Source: an uncultured Rhodopirellula sp. (GTDB taxonomy: Bacteria; Planctomycetota; Planctomycetia; Pirellulales; Pirellulaceae). Taken from it: a DNA stretch of 64,000 nucleotides. The stretch covers positions 1 to 64,000 of the forward strand of contig CAXGAI010000004.1 of NCBI GenBank assembly GCA_964007735.1. Direction: 5' to 3'. Made by a program: the position numbers and the translations under genes. Numbering within the stretch: the first letter of the stretch is position 1; every line of letters starts with the position of its first letter. The notes beneath the pieces are model-generated. The model saw only the letters and a list, made by a program, of their open reading frames with translations, did no database searches and was not told the origin of the DNA. Below, piece by piece: positions 1 to 9,225 of this stretch.

Positions 1-1
1 C

Positions 2-616
2 ATCTGGAGATGGACAGGAGCGCGAAAGACTGAGCCGCTTAGCATCAAAGTGTCGGACGTTAAATTCGAAGCTGAATATTCGACGATCAATATCAAGGAT
101 GCAAAGCGAAAGGACGAGTATGGGAATTCTGTTATCCGTACCGTCCCTATATTTGACGAAATTCAACCGTACCTAATGGAATTACTGGAGAGTCTCAATG
201 ATTCCGAGGTTTGGTTGTTTCCAACCTTGCGTAAGTATAGCACCAGTATTGATAAGCCATTTAAAGACATCATCAAGAAGGCAGGTCATCAGCCATGGCC
301 AGCGATCTGTAATAATATGCGCTCAACCAGAGCGAACGAGATCGAAAGAGCTTATGGTGGTTCGCTTGAATCTGCTTGGGTAGGACATGATCCAAAGACT
401 TATAAGAGACATTACGCTCAGGTACAGAAATCAGATTTGATCCGTGCTTGCGCTGGTGCAAATATGGTGCAGCACGGCGGTGCAGGGTGCGGCACAGGGA
501 ATTTAGTGACTAAAAAACCGCATAGAAAAAGGCAGTTGCAGGACTCTGCCCGTCTATTCCGCAGTCTGCAAATGCCTCAAGTGCCCCCACTAGGACTCGA
601 ACCTAGAACCCTCTGA
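2..616 (+). CDS. Tyrosine recombinase/integrase, C-terminal catalytic part (5'-truncated by window edge)
   Basis: The frame is open from position 2 (IWRWTGARKTEPLSIKVSDV = box I, TGxR). It also shows a box II-like NNMR, then WVGH and HY (catalytic Tyr). The stop TGA at 614-616 lies inside the antisense tRNA. Confidence 0.88.
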   Translation: MWRWTGARKTEPLSIKVSDVKFEAEYSTINIKDAKRKDEYGNSVIRTVPIFDEIQPYLMELLESLNDSEVWLFPTLRKYSTSIDKPFKDIIKKAGHQPWPAICNNMRSTRANEIERAYGGSLESAWVGHDPKTYKRHYAQVQKSDLIRACAGANMVQHGGAGCGTGNLVTKKPHRKRQLQDSARLFRSLQMPQVPPLGLEPRTL

Positions 617-654
617 TTAAGAGTCAGATGCTCTGCCAGTTGAGCTATAGGGGC
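582..654 (-). tRNA. tRNA-Lys(CTT)
   Basis: Reverse complement is GCCCCTATAGCTCAACTGGCAGAGCATCTGACTCTTAATCAGAGGGTTCTAGGTTCGAGTCCTAGTGGGGGCA. It has acceptor stem GCCCCTA/TGGGGGC, anticodon arm TCTGA-CTCTTAA-TCAGA and T-loop GTTCGAGTC. CCA is not encoded. Confidence 0.97.
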
Positions 655-664
655 TTCAACACCT

Positions 665-692
665 ATCCTAACCCAAAGCAATAGACCGGCAA
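665..692 (-). promoter_or_regulatory. Putative sigma70 promoter for tRNA-Lys
   Basis: TTGCCG-N16-TAGGAT, ending 10 nt upstream of the tRNA 5' end. Confidence 0.4.
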
Positions 693-712
693 GGGGTTAT
701 CAACTTCTCCAG

Positions 713-2575
713 CTATTCGTCTTCCAGAGCCATGCCCAACTGACCCATTTTGCGATACAGATTGGAACGATGTAGTCCTAATTGTCTTGCCACCTCGGAC
801 ATGTTTCCACGACACTTTTTAATCTGATCGCGAATCAAATCGATCTGAAAATCACGTGTTGCATCATTTAGCGTGCCGTGATAATTCCCCACTGTACCAT
901 GGTCGGCTTGAGTGCTGGCAAAGGTTAAGTCGTCTGCATCCACCCGCCCCGAGTCACTTAAGTAGATGATTCGCTCAATTATATTTCTCAACTCGCGGAC
1001 ATTTCCGGGCCAATGATGGGCCAGCAGACGTTTGCGGGCACCCGCTGATAATTTTGGGGCTTTCCGCCGAGCACGAATCGATAGTTCTTTTAGGAAATAT
1101 TCTGTCAGCAACAGAATGTCATCACCCCGATCACGAAGTGGCGGCATCTCGACGGTCATGACATTTAACCGATAGAACAGATCTTCACGAAATTGTTTCT
1201 CGCGAACCATATCTCCAAGATCCTGATTCGTTGCAGCGATCACTCGTGCATCGGTATGGATGGGAGTGGAACCTCCCACTCGTACGACCACCTTGTCTTC
1301 CAGGACTCGTAATAATTTTGCCTGACCAGACAAACTCATGTCACCGATCTCATCGAGCAATAAGGTGCCTCGACTCGCTAACTCAAACTTTCCCTCGCGA
1401 TCTTCCCGGGCATCCGTAAAAGCTCCACGCACGTGACCGAATAATTCGCTTTCCAGTAAAGATTCGGAAATCGCAGCGCAATTAACAGCAACGAGCGGTT
1501 CGTTTCGACGATCACTTTTAAAGTGTAATAACTGGCTGACAACCTCTTTCCCGGTTCCGTTCTCTCCTAGAATCAAAACAGCCAGATCCGTGTTAGCGAT
1601 GCGGTCTAGTGTCGTACGCAGTGCGACAATTTGAGGGCATTCACCAATCAATGAAACTCCCTCAGCAGCTTGCTCGGCAATCAGACTGCGACTGGCAATA
1701 ATTTGTTCGACTTCCTGTGCCTCTTCCAGTGCCGAGGCGACGTGACTTGCCAGATCTTCTAGAGCTTTGAGCTCCGAAGATGAAAAGGTACCGTCTTTTT
1801 TATTGAGCACTTCAAAGGCGCCGATCACTTCCCCTTCGCGGTTATGCAGAGGGCAACAAATAAGATTGTTGGTCGTGAAATCGAGCTTGTTATCTACTTC
1901 ACGATTGATCTGTTCCTGTCCTTCCACTTCGTCAATCCGCATCGAGAACCCGGATTGGACCACTTCCCCAACGACCCCGGCACTATCAGGAACGCGGAGT
2001 TCAGTCCCGACAATTCCCAATGCCGGGCGAGCGACCAACTGTTCGTTTTTTTTGTCCCAAAGAAAAAGACTCGCACGTTCCGCACCAAGTAATCGGGTTG
2101 ATGCTTCCACGATCTCCAGAATTAATTGGTCTGTCTGCTTAATCCCATGCCATTGCGCTGCGATTTTCAAAATCGTTTCTGTTTGCAAGGATCGATCCTG
2201 TAGCTGTTGGTAAGAATGCCATTGGATGATACCACTGAGCAATGCAGGGAAGATTTCACCAACTTCTTTTAATGCAATTTCGGTATCAGTAACTTGAATG
2301 CTGATACAGTACTGCTCAGGACTATCCAGAGAAGCGTTACGTTGAGAGAAACTCAGCCAGGCGTCGTTCCCGACGATTTCCGTAGACTCTAAAGACTGCT
2401 GAAGAACGGACTCCGGTGGGTTTGCATCACCTCGCTTTCCCAATTCAACACATCGAATTCCGTCGACGACCTGAATGACGCAGCCCTGACTCCAACTCTG
2501 CCCCGCAAGAATCTCAGCAACTTGCCGAGGATAGCTTTTATCTGTAATCGCAAGCTTTAGTAATGCATTATTCAT
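713..2575 (-). CDS. Sigma-54-dependent enhancer-binding protein (GAF + AAA+ + Fis-type HTH)
   Basis: GAF region (ERASLFLWD...LICCPL...EVLNK), Walker A GENGTGKE, ESELFGH-GAFTDA, Walker B LLLDE, WPGNVREL, and a C-terminal HTH (VARQLGLHRSNLYRK). Confidence 0.95.
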   Translation of the reverse strand: MNNALLKLAITDKSYPRQVAEILAGQSWSQGCVIQVVDGIRCVELGKRGDANPPESVLQQSLESTEIVGNDAWLSFSQRNASLDSPEQYCISIQVTDTEIALKEVGEIFPALLSGIIQWHSYQQLQDRSLQTETILKIAAQWHGIKQTDQLILEIVEASTRLLGAERASLFLWDKKNEQLVARPALGIVGTELRVPDSAGVVGEVVQSGFSMRIDEVEGQEQINREVDNKLDFTTNNLICCPLHNREGEVIGAFEVLNKKDGTFSSSELKALEDLASHVASALEEAQEVEQIIASRSLIAEQAAEGVSLIGECPQIVALRTTLDRIANTDLAVLILGENGTGKEVVSQLLHFKSDRRNEPLVAVNCAAISESLLESELFGHVRGAFTDAREDREGKFELASRGTLLLDEIGDMSLSGQAKLLRVLEDKVVVRVGGSTPIHTDARVIAATNQDLGDMVREKQFREDLFYRLNVMTVEMPPLRDRGDDILLLTEYFLKELSIRARRKAPKLSAGARKRLLAHHWPGNVRELRNIIERIIYLSDSGRVDADDLTFASTQADHGTVGNYHGTLNDATRDFQIDLIRDQIKKCRGNMSEVARQLGLHRSNLYRKMGQLGMALEDE

Positions 2576-2751
2576 AACAAACCCCTGTTGTCAATATGAT
2601 ACACTACAAGGCGATCGTTGTGTAGTCAAAATGATATAAAAACAAGTTAATTTGGAAAGGATTTATTTCCAGGAGTCTTGCGGCGGAGCATGATGGCTGT
2701 TTCTTTGTTAGGCTGTACCTATACGACCTGTTCTGTAGTGGAAAACAATCG

Positions 2752-4137
2752 ATGATCAATTTAGATTTGGGGCTCACAGTCGATTCATTGGCCGGGCTTT
2801 TGGAGAGATTCTGGCAGGTTTCAGGGGAGAAGATTACCAAGCTGGAAGCAGAACGTGAGCCAGATGCAGGAACTCCTGTTTTCACGGTGGAGGGACAATA
2901 TATAGCACAGGGCTGGACGGAGTGGACGCAGGGGTTCCAATTTGGTTCTGCCATTCTGCAGTACGACGCCACGGGTGATTCAGAATTTCTGGACAGCGGG
3001 CGTCAGGCAACCGTGAATCAAATGGCATCGCATGTTACCCACTTCGGCGTTCATGATCATGGCTTTAACAATATCAGTACTTACGGAGCCCTGCGGCGAC
3101 TCATGCTGGAAGGCCGACTTCCCTATAACCAATGGGAATTGAACTTCTATGAAATGGCACTTAAGGCCAGTGCTGCTGTGCAGGCTTATCGCTGGTCCGA
3201 GACAGTGGATGGCGAGGGCTTTATCTTCTCCTTTAATGGCCCGCACTCACTCTTCTGTGATACCATCCGTAGCCTTCGAAGTTTGTCGATGGGACATGTA
3301 CTCAGCCATGACCTGATGCATGAAAACGACGAACGAGTTTCCTTGCTTGACCGTATGCTACAGCATGCTCGTTCCACCGCCCGCTACAGCGTTTACTACG
3401 GGGAAGGTCGTGATGACTACGACGTCTGGGGCCGAGTGGCTCATGAAAGTATCTTCAATGTAAATGACGGACGATATCGTTGTCCGGGTACTCAGCAGGG
3501 GTACTCTCCGTTCTCTACCTGGACACGTGGACTTGCCTGGGTTATGACAGGTTTTCCAGAGCAATTGGAATTCCTCGCCACCATCGATGATGAAGAATTG
3601 AATCTTTATGGCGGTCGACTGGAGATTGAATCGATGATGCTAAAAGCTGCCCGGGCAAGCTGTGATTTTTTCATTCACCATACTCCAACCGATGGCATCC
3701 CTTACTGGGATACCGGAGCACCAGGTCTTCCGAAGATTGGAGATTATCTGAATACAACCTCGGATCCATTTAACGGTCACGAACCGATTGATAGTTCGGC
3801 TGCTGCCATCGGGGCACAGGGCTTACTTCGGTTGGGGAAACTTCTTAACGAACGAGGGGAAGACGGAGATAGTTATATTCAAGCCGGTTTAGTAAGTGCG
3901 CAATCTTTGCTGAGTGAACCGTATTTGTGTTCGGATCCAAGCCATCAGGGACTTTTACTGCACAGTGTTTATCATCGCCCTCGGGGTTGGGATTATATGC
4001 CTGACGAATCCCGGGTGCCTCGCGGGGAGGCATGTATGTGGGGTGACTACCACCTTCGTGAACTTGCTTTGTATCTTCAGCGTCTGATTGATGACGGCCC
4101 GTATTACACTTTTTTCTCATCTCACTCCGAAGCATAA
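2752..4137 (+). CDS. Glycoside hydrolase family 88 (unsaturated glucuronyl hydrolase-like)
   Basis: Motifs WTQGF, HDHGF, QGYS...WTRGLAW, IPYWD, DSSAAAI and WGDY. Confidence 0.8.
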   Translation: MINLDLGLTVDSLAGLLERFWQVSGEKITKLEAEREPDAGTPVFTVEGQYIAQGWTEWTQGFQFGSAILQYDATGDSEFLDSGRQATVNQMASHVTHFGVHDHGFNNISTYGALRRLMLEGRLPYNQWELNFYEMALKASAAVQAYRWSETVDGEGFIFSFNGPHSLFCDTIRSLRSLSMGHVLSHDLMHENDERVSLLDRMLQHARSTARYSVYYGEGRDDYDVWGRVAHESIFNVNDGRYRCPGTQQGYSPFSTWTRGLAWVMTGFPEQLEFLATIDDEELNLYGGRLEIESMMLKAARASCDFFIHHTPTDGIPYWDTGAPGLPKIGDYLNTTSDPFNGHEPIDSSAAAIGAQGLLRLGKLLNERGEDGDSYIQAGLVSAQSLLSEPYLCSDPSHQGLLLHSVYHRPRGWDYMPDESRVPRGEACMWGDYHLRELALYLQRLIDDGPYYTFFSSHSEA

Positions 4138-4170
4138 CGACGCTTTAGCTAACTTTGAGCAGGTACCCCC

Positions 4171-6228
4171 ATGCGTTTCTTTTCATTTGTCGCAGTAGGA
4201 ATATTCACGTTCTTCACTGGTGCTGTGCCAAACACGATCCACGCAAAAGTTGAGAAATTTGAGATAACGAGTAGAACTTCGTTCGCCGAAGGAACAAAGT
4301 TTGGGGACACTGGAACGTATGAATTGTTACGTGGTAAAGTCTACTTTTCATTAGATCCCGCACTGCGACAAAACAAACAAGTTGTCGATCTTCAATTTGT
4401 GAAACCGGATTCAGATGGGCTCGTTCGTTTCTTTGCCGATTTGGTTATTCTGACTCCCACGAACCCGGCAAAATCAAACGGGGCAGTTCTCTATGATGTC
4501 AACAATCGTGGCAATATGCGAACGTTGGATTTTTTCAATAATGCTCAAGGCGGAAATAGTCTCGATACGAAAACGCATGCCGGCAACGGATTTTTAATGA
4601 AGCATGGCTGGACGGTAATCTCCAGCGGTTGGGATGGAGAATTGCTTGCAGGCTCTTCTCGTCTAAAGCTCTATCCGCCCACGTTAGGTAAAGACATTAC
4701 CGGCTTGGTTCGCTATGAATTCACGCTTGGGGAAGGAAAGGAAGCGGGTAGCATTACAGGAGCGGGGCACGGCGCATTTCAATACGATGACACAAAGATT
4801 AGTGCGGCGACGCTGACAAAACGTCCTCATGCCCGAGCTGCGCGGACTCTCATTCCCCGTGCCCAATGGTTTATGGAAACCACCGAAATGAATAACTCTC
4901 GACCTGCTGAGCAAAAAAAGATTGAGATTCACTTAGCTACGAAAGGAGAACAAGGGCAAATCTACGAACTGATCTATACGGCACATTCGCCACAAGTTCA
5001 CGGTACATGCTTTACCTCGGTACGCGATCTTATAGATGCAGTGAAGACAGGGAAGGGTAAAGGGAATCCACTACAAATCAATGGGAAGTCATTTCTAAAG
5101 CGGGCCCATGCTTTTGGGATTTCACAGGCCGGTCGCTACTTGCGGGAATTTCTTTATTCCGGATTCAATGAATCAGAGTCTGGAACGAAGGTCTTCGATG
5201 GCCTGATTCCTCACGTCTCGGGAGGGGGGATGGGTTCCTTTAATCACCGTTTTGCTCAGCCGACACGTTTTTCCGGTCAGAGGCTCAATCATGACTATCC
5301 GGTGGATCGGTTTCCGTTTGCTTATGCTCGTCAAAAACATCCGTTTCGAGATCTGGAAGATGGATTACTAACGCAAGCGAGAGAGAGTCGCACTGCACCT
5401 AAAATTGTTCACACGCAATCGAGTTCTGAATACTGGCATCGTGCCGGTTCTCTAACACACACCGACCCCCTGGGTGTGCATGATACTCGAATGCCCCGCA
5501 ATGTTCGTCTCTATACTTTCGGGGGTACTCAGCATGGCCCTGCCAAATACCCTGCTTCCCGAGGCAATGCAGCTTACCCTAAGAACCCGGCCGACTTTCG
5601 CCCATTAATGCGCAGCATCCTCTTGAAATTAGATGGTTGGGTGAAGGGACAATCGATGCCGGCTAGTGTATACCCCACCCTTCGTTCCGGGACACTTGTG
5701 CATTGGGAGCAACATTCCGTGGGATTCCCGGAGTTGCCGGGAGTTAGCTACCCAACAGTCATCCATCAGCCGAATGATTGGTATTACGGAGTGAACTGGG
5801 ATTCGAACCAAAGCGAAGTTCAGCTTCATCCGCCGCAGATGAGAAATGACTATCGTGTGCTGGTACCTAAAGTCGATCTGGACGGTAATGAAATTGGGTG
5901 TTTACAGCCACCGGAAGTTGCGGTGGCATTAGGGACCTATGCGAGTTGGAATCTGTACCCCGAATCTCATCCGGCCTATCCGGATCTTGTTGGGCTTTCC
6001 GGAGCTTTTTTCCCCTTTGAAACAACAAAAGCTGCCCGTGAAGAATCAGGTGATCCACGAAGGTCGATTCAGGAAAGGTATCCGACTCAGCAGAAGTTTG
6101 TTTCAGCTCTGGAAGCGGTTTGTAAGCAATTAGTAAAACGCGGCTTCTTGTTGGATTCGGAAGTCCACGTTCTATTAGAGAAATATGGGAAACGTTATCT
6201 AGACCTAACCGGCTTGCCGGAAAACTGA
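4171..6228 (+). CDS. Secreted alpha/beta hydrolase domain protein (Abhydrolase_10-like)
   Basis: Signal peptide; YDVNNRG, nucleophile elbow GISQAG, SSEYW, GTQH, PKVDLDGNE and SIQERY motifs. Confidence 0.8.
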   Translation: MRFFSFVAVGIFTFFTGAVPNTIHAKVEKFEITSRTSFAEGTKFGDTGTYELLRGKVYFSLDPALRQNKQVVDLQFVKPDSDGLVRFFADLVILTPTNPAKSNGAVLYDVNNRGNMRTLDFFNNAQGGNSLDTKTHAGNGFLMKHGWTVISSGWDGELLAGSSRLKLYPPTLGKDITGLVRYEFTLGEGKEAGSITGAGHGAFQYDDTKISAATLTKRPHARAARTLIPRAQWFMETTEMNNSRPAEQKKIEIHLATKGEQGQIYELIYTAHSPQVHGTCFTSVRDLIDAVKTGKGKGNPLQINGKSFLKRAHAFGISQAGRYLREFLYSGFNESESGTKVFDGLIPHVSGGGMGSFNHRFAQPTRFSGQRLNHDYPVDRFPFAYARQKHPFRDLEDGLLTQARESRTAPKIVHTQSSSEYWHRAGSLTHTDPLGVHDTRMPRNVRLYTFGGTQHGPAKYPASRGNAAYPKNPADFRPLMRSILLKLDGWVKGQSMPASVYPTLRSGTLVHWEQHSVGFPELPGVSYPTVIHQPNDWYYGVNWDSNQSEVQLHPPQMRNDYRVLVPKVDLDGNEIGCLQPPEVAVALGTYASWNLYPESHPAYPDLVGLSGAFFPFETTKAAREESGDPRRSIQERYPTQQKFVSALEAVCKQLVKRGFLLDSEVHVLLEKYGKRYLDLTGLPEN

Positions 6229-6233
6229 AAATA

Positions 6234-8489
6234 TTGAAAACTCAGGACAAGCATGACAGTATGAGAAATCCCTGGGTTCGAAAGCTTTATCTCCAGCGAC
6301 AGCATTTATTGTTGCTGGCCATTCTTGCCATGACCGTACTCTCGGTAGTTGGCTTTCAACGCTTCTCCTTTGATAACGAAGCACGGGGATTGTTTCGTAC
6401 CAACGACTCAACGTTTGAGCAACTGGAGCAGATCTTTGAGCAGTTCAGGCCGGATGAAAACGACTGTCTGGTCGTACTGAAGAGACCTGATTCGACTTTC
6501 TTTAACGAAAATCACGTTGGCGAAATGCAAAGCCTAGTGGCCACACTGGAAACAGATTCACTAGTGAGCCACGTTGTATCTATTTTTAGCCCGGAAATGA
6601 TGATCTGTGATCCGCTGCCACGTCCGTTAGTGCCTCCGGCTGACACAGAAGGCGTGGATTGGAATAAAGTCGAAAGAGAAGTGCTGAGTCATCCGATTGC
6701 GGGGGGTAATCTGATTACACCTAATGGTCAATCAATGCTGATGGTTGTTCAACTCGGTAATGATGATTTACTTGTCAGTGACTATCAGCCGACCGTCGAT
6801 CATCTACAGCAAATGATTTTTGACTGGAGAGAAGAGACGGGTCTCCAAGCTTATTTAACGGGTCTTCCTCCGGTTCGAGTTGAGATCTTTCGGTCCATTA
6901 AGTCGGATACATTCAATCTGATGCTGGCTGGTGCATGCGTCGCTGTATTCATTGCCTTAGTGGCCTTTAGAAATTGGGCGTTGGCGTTCATGGCGGTGGC
7001 GGGAGCTGGTATTGGAAGTTTCTGGGCTTTGGGTTTACTGAGCCTAATTGGTGTGAAGATCAATCTGATCACCACCATTCTGCCAGTACTGGTGGTGGTG
7101 ATTGGGTTAACCGACGCTGTGCACTTGGTATTTGACTTTCGGGAGTCACGCGTGCGGGGTATTAAATCTTCCCGTGCCGCCTGGCTCGCGGTGCGACGTT
7201 TGGGGACCGCTTGTGCTTTTACGTCGATTACAACGGCGATTGGTTTTGGCTCACTGAGTGTCAGTAGTATTGAAGTCATTCGCCAATTTGGGGTTACCTG
7301 CGCCGTGGGGACACTCATTACCTTTCTGGCAGTGCTACTCGTTGTGCCTTGGCTAGCATCGACGAAGTTAATTGGCGGAGCTTATTCTGGACGAGTCAGT
7401 CGAGATTCAATTTGGCTTAAGCAATTCTCACAATCCTACGCTACGCTTCTGTTAAAGTACCGTTATCTCGTCTTAGGAATATTTGGGATCCTGTTAGTTT
7501 GGATGGTCATGACCGCCAAGAGTCTGCATCCGGATAGTCACATCACGGAGTCAATTCCCAAGGGAAGTGAAGCAGAGCTTGCTTTGCGGGAAGTAGACCA
7601 GCAATTTGGTGGGATGCTCAGTTCGATCGTTTTGGTTCAATGGGATCCCACGCGGGAAGATTTGCCAGAGCCGTATGATGTGTTGCGGTCTGTCAAAGAA
7701 GAAATTGATCGAGAACCTGCGATGATGAATCCGATGTCGATTTTGAATTTCAATGCGGTGGTGGATCAAAGTCCTTTGATTTCTTTGCCTAAGGTGATTG
7801 CTGAACAATGGTATCGTCCGGATTTAGGACGAGCGATTATGGTCGCGCGTCTGGCCGATCAGGGGATGCATTATCATCGTCGGGTGTTCGGGAAATTCCG
7901 AGAACGCATGGCCTTTGTGCAAACGCGTCACAGTGGATTTGAAATCTCCGTTTCTGGTTCTGCCGTCGTCGCTTCTCGAAACCTTTCCACAATGATCAAT
8001 GATCTGGTGAAGTCACTGGTGATCGCAGCAGCAGTGATTATGGCCGTCTTAACGGTTATGTTTCGTTCGATCAAAATGGGGCTGGTCAGCCTGCTCCCGA
8101 ATTGCCTGCCATTGTTATTTACGGCGAGTTATTTAGTGTGGACAGGTGAGCCGCTGAGACTGACAAGTGTTTTGTTGTTTACCGTTAGTTTAGGAATTGC
8201 TGTCGATGACACAATTCATTTCCTCGTTCGTTTTCGTCGCGAGCAGGCTGAAGGTAAAACGGTCGAGGAGTCGATTCATAACTCGATTACTTCGGTTGGA
8301 GCCGCCCTGGTCGTTAGTACACTTGTGCTAATAGCAGGGTTCTCTGCAAGCGCTATCAGTGTGATGCCGCACAGTCAGTTGTTTTCCAAGTTAGCATGCA
8401 TCTCTGTCGCGATTGCTTTTGTTGGAGACATGGTTTTATTGCCGGTCATATTGCGTGTAGCTTACCGGGACAAAGCAGCAGATCGCTAA
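6234..8489 (+). CDS. MMPL/RND-family membrane transporter (alternative start ATG 6261)
   Basis: Two-fold repeat of periplasmic loop plus TM bundle; GLTDAVH and GIAVDDTIHF motifs; TSITTAIGFGSL. Confidence 0.88.
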   Translation: MKTQDKHDSMRNPWVRKLYLQRQHLLLLAILAMTVLSVVGFQRFSFDNEARGLFRTNDSTFEQLEQIFEQFRPDENDCLVVLKRPDSTFFNENHVGEMQSLVATLETDSLVSHVVSIFSPEMMICDPLPRPLVPPADTEGVDWNKVEREVLSHPIAGGNLITPNGQSMLMVVQLGNDDLLVSDYQPTVDHLQQMIFDWREETGLQAYLTGLPPVRVEIFRSIKSDTFNLMLAGACVAVFIALVAFRNWALAFMAVAGAGIGSFWALGLLSLIGVKINLITTILPVLVVVIGLTDAVHLVFDFRESRVRGIKSSRAAWLAVRRLGTACAFTSITTAIGFGSLSVSSIEVIRQFGVTCAVGTLITFLAVLLVVPWLASTKLIGGAYSGRVSRDSIWLKQFSQSYATLLLKYRYLVLGIFGILLVWMVMTAKSLHPDSHITESIPKGSEAELALREVDQQFGGMLSSIVLVQWDPTREDLPEPYDVLRSVKEEIDREPAMMNPMSILNFNAVVDQSPLISLPKVIAEQWYRPDLGRAIMVARLADQGMHYHRRVFGKFRERMAFVQTRHSGFEISVSGSAVVASRNLSTMINDLVKSLVIAAAVIMAVLTVMFRSIKMGLVSLLPNCLPLLFTASYLVWTGEPLRLTSVLLFTVSLGIAVDDTIHFLVRFRREQAEGKTVEESIHNSITSVGAALVVSTLVLIAGFSASAISVMPHSQLFSKLACISVAIAFVGDMVLLPVILRVAYRDKAADR

Positions 8490-8621
8490 TGAACGCTCAA
8501 TCGTTGGGGGTGTCTTTCGCGTCCGGATTGCCTGTGCTACATTGACAACAACAGCATAAAAAGCCGTTTAACGAGATTAATTCACCTCGAACAGTTTAAT
8601 ATTTTCAGGAGAGAATAAGCC

Positions 8622-9143
8622 ATGCTAACAGTTGGCGATAAGTTTCCAGAGTACAGTGTAAAGTGCAATGTAGGATCAGATCCGGAGAGCCTTAAAGGGT
8701 TGACGAATGCTGATTATGATGGCAAGTGGGTTTGCTACTTTTTCTACCCAAAGGATTTTACTTTCATCTGTCCAACAGAGATTGCAGAATTCAATACTCA
8801 GCTTGCAGAATTTAATGACCGTGACTGCGAAGTTGTGGGCGGTAGTACTGATAATGAATACTGTCACCTCGCATGGTGTCAGTCACACGACGACCTAAAA
8901 GATTTGGCTTACCCATTAATTGGGGCTCAGCGTCTTGCTCACGATCTGGGTATTGTTGATCCTAACGCGGACGTATGTTTACGTGCGACTTTCCTGGTGG
9001 ATCCCAATGGAGTAGTTCAGTGGTCCAGTGCGAATGCATTGAGTGTGGGCCGTAATGTCAACGAAATCCTGCGAGTTTTGGACGCAATTCAGTCCGATGA
9101 ATTGTGCCCCTGCAACTGGAAAAAAGGCGATCCAACGCTCTAA
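8622..9143 (+). CDS. ahpC: Peroxiredoxin AhpC (actinobacterial-like three-Cys type)
   Basis: FYPKDFTFICPTE peroxidatic motif; C-terminal DELCPCNW; AGGAG RBS upstream. Confidence 0.92.
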   Translation: MLTVGDKFPEYSVKCNVGSDPESLKGLTNADYDGKWVCYFFYPKDFTFICPTEIAEFNTQLAEFNDRDCEVVGGSTDNEYCHLAWCQSHDDLKDLAYPLIGAQRLAHDLGIVDPNADVCLRATFLVDPNGVVQWSSANALSVGRNVNEILRVLDAIQSDELCPCNWKKGDPTL

Positions 9144-9170
9144 GCGTTTGGATTGAATTTTTGACGACAT

Positions 9171-9211
9171 AAAAAAATCCTGTCTGGTAATTTGTCAGAC
9201 AGGATTTTTTT
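9171..9211. terminator. Bidirectional intrinsic terminator between ahpC and the TPR gene
   Basis: A7-TCCTGTCTG...CAGACAGGA-T7 inverted repeat between convergent genes. Confidence 0.9.
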
Positions 9212-9225
9212 GTATCGTTTGAGAT

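Larger units (their letters stand above)
1..654. mobile_element. Boundary of an integrative element/genomic island inserted at the tRNA-Lys 3' end (body lies left of the window)
   Basis: The integrase abuts and overlaps the tRNA 3' end. The partner att site is not visible in the window. Confidence 0.65.

Noticed and set aside
2694..2709. Possible sigma54 -24/-12 site (TGGC-N7-TTGT) upstream of GH88
   Set aside because: The conserved -12 GC is missing (GT instead), so the match is too weak to call.
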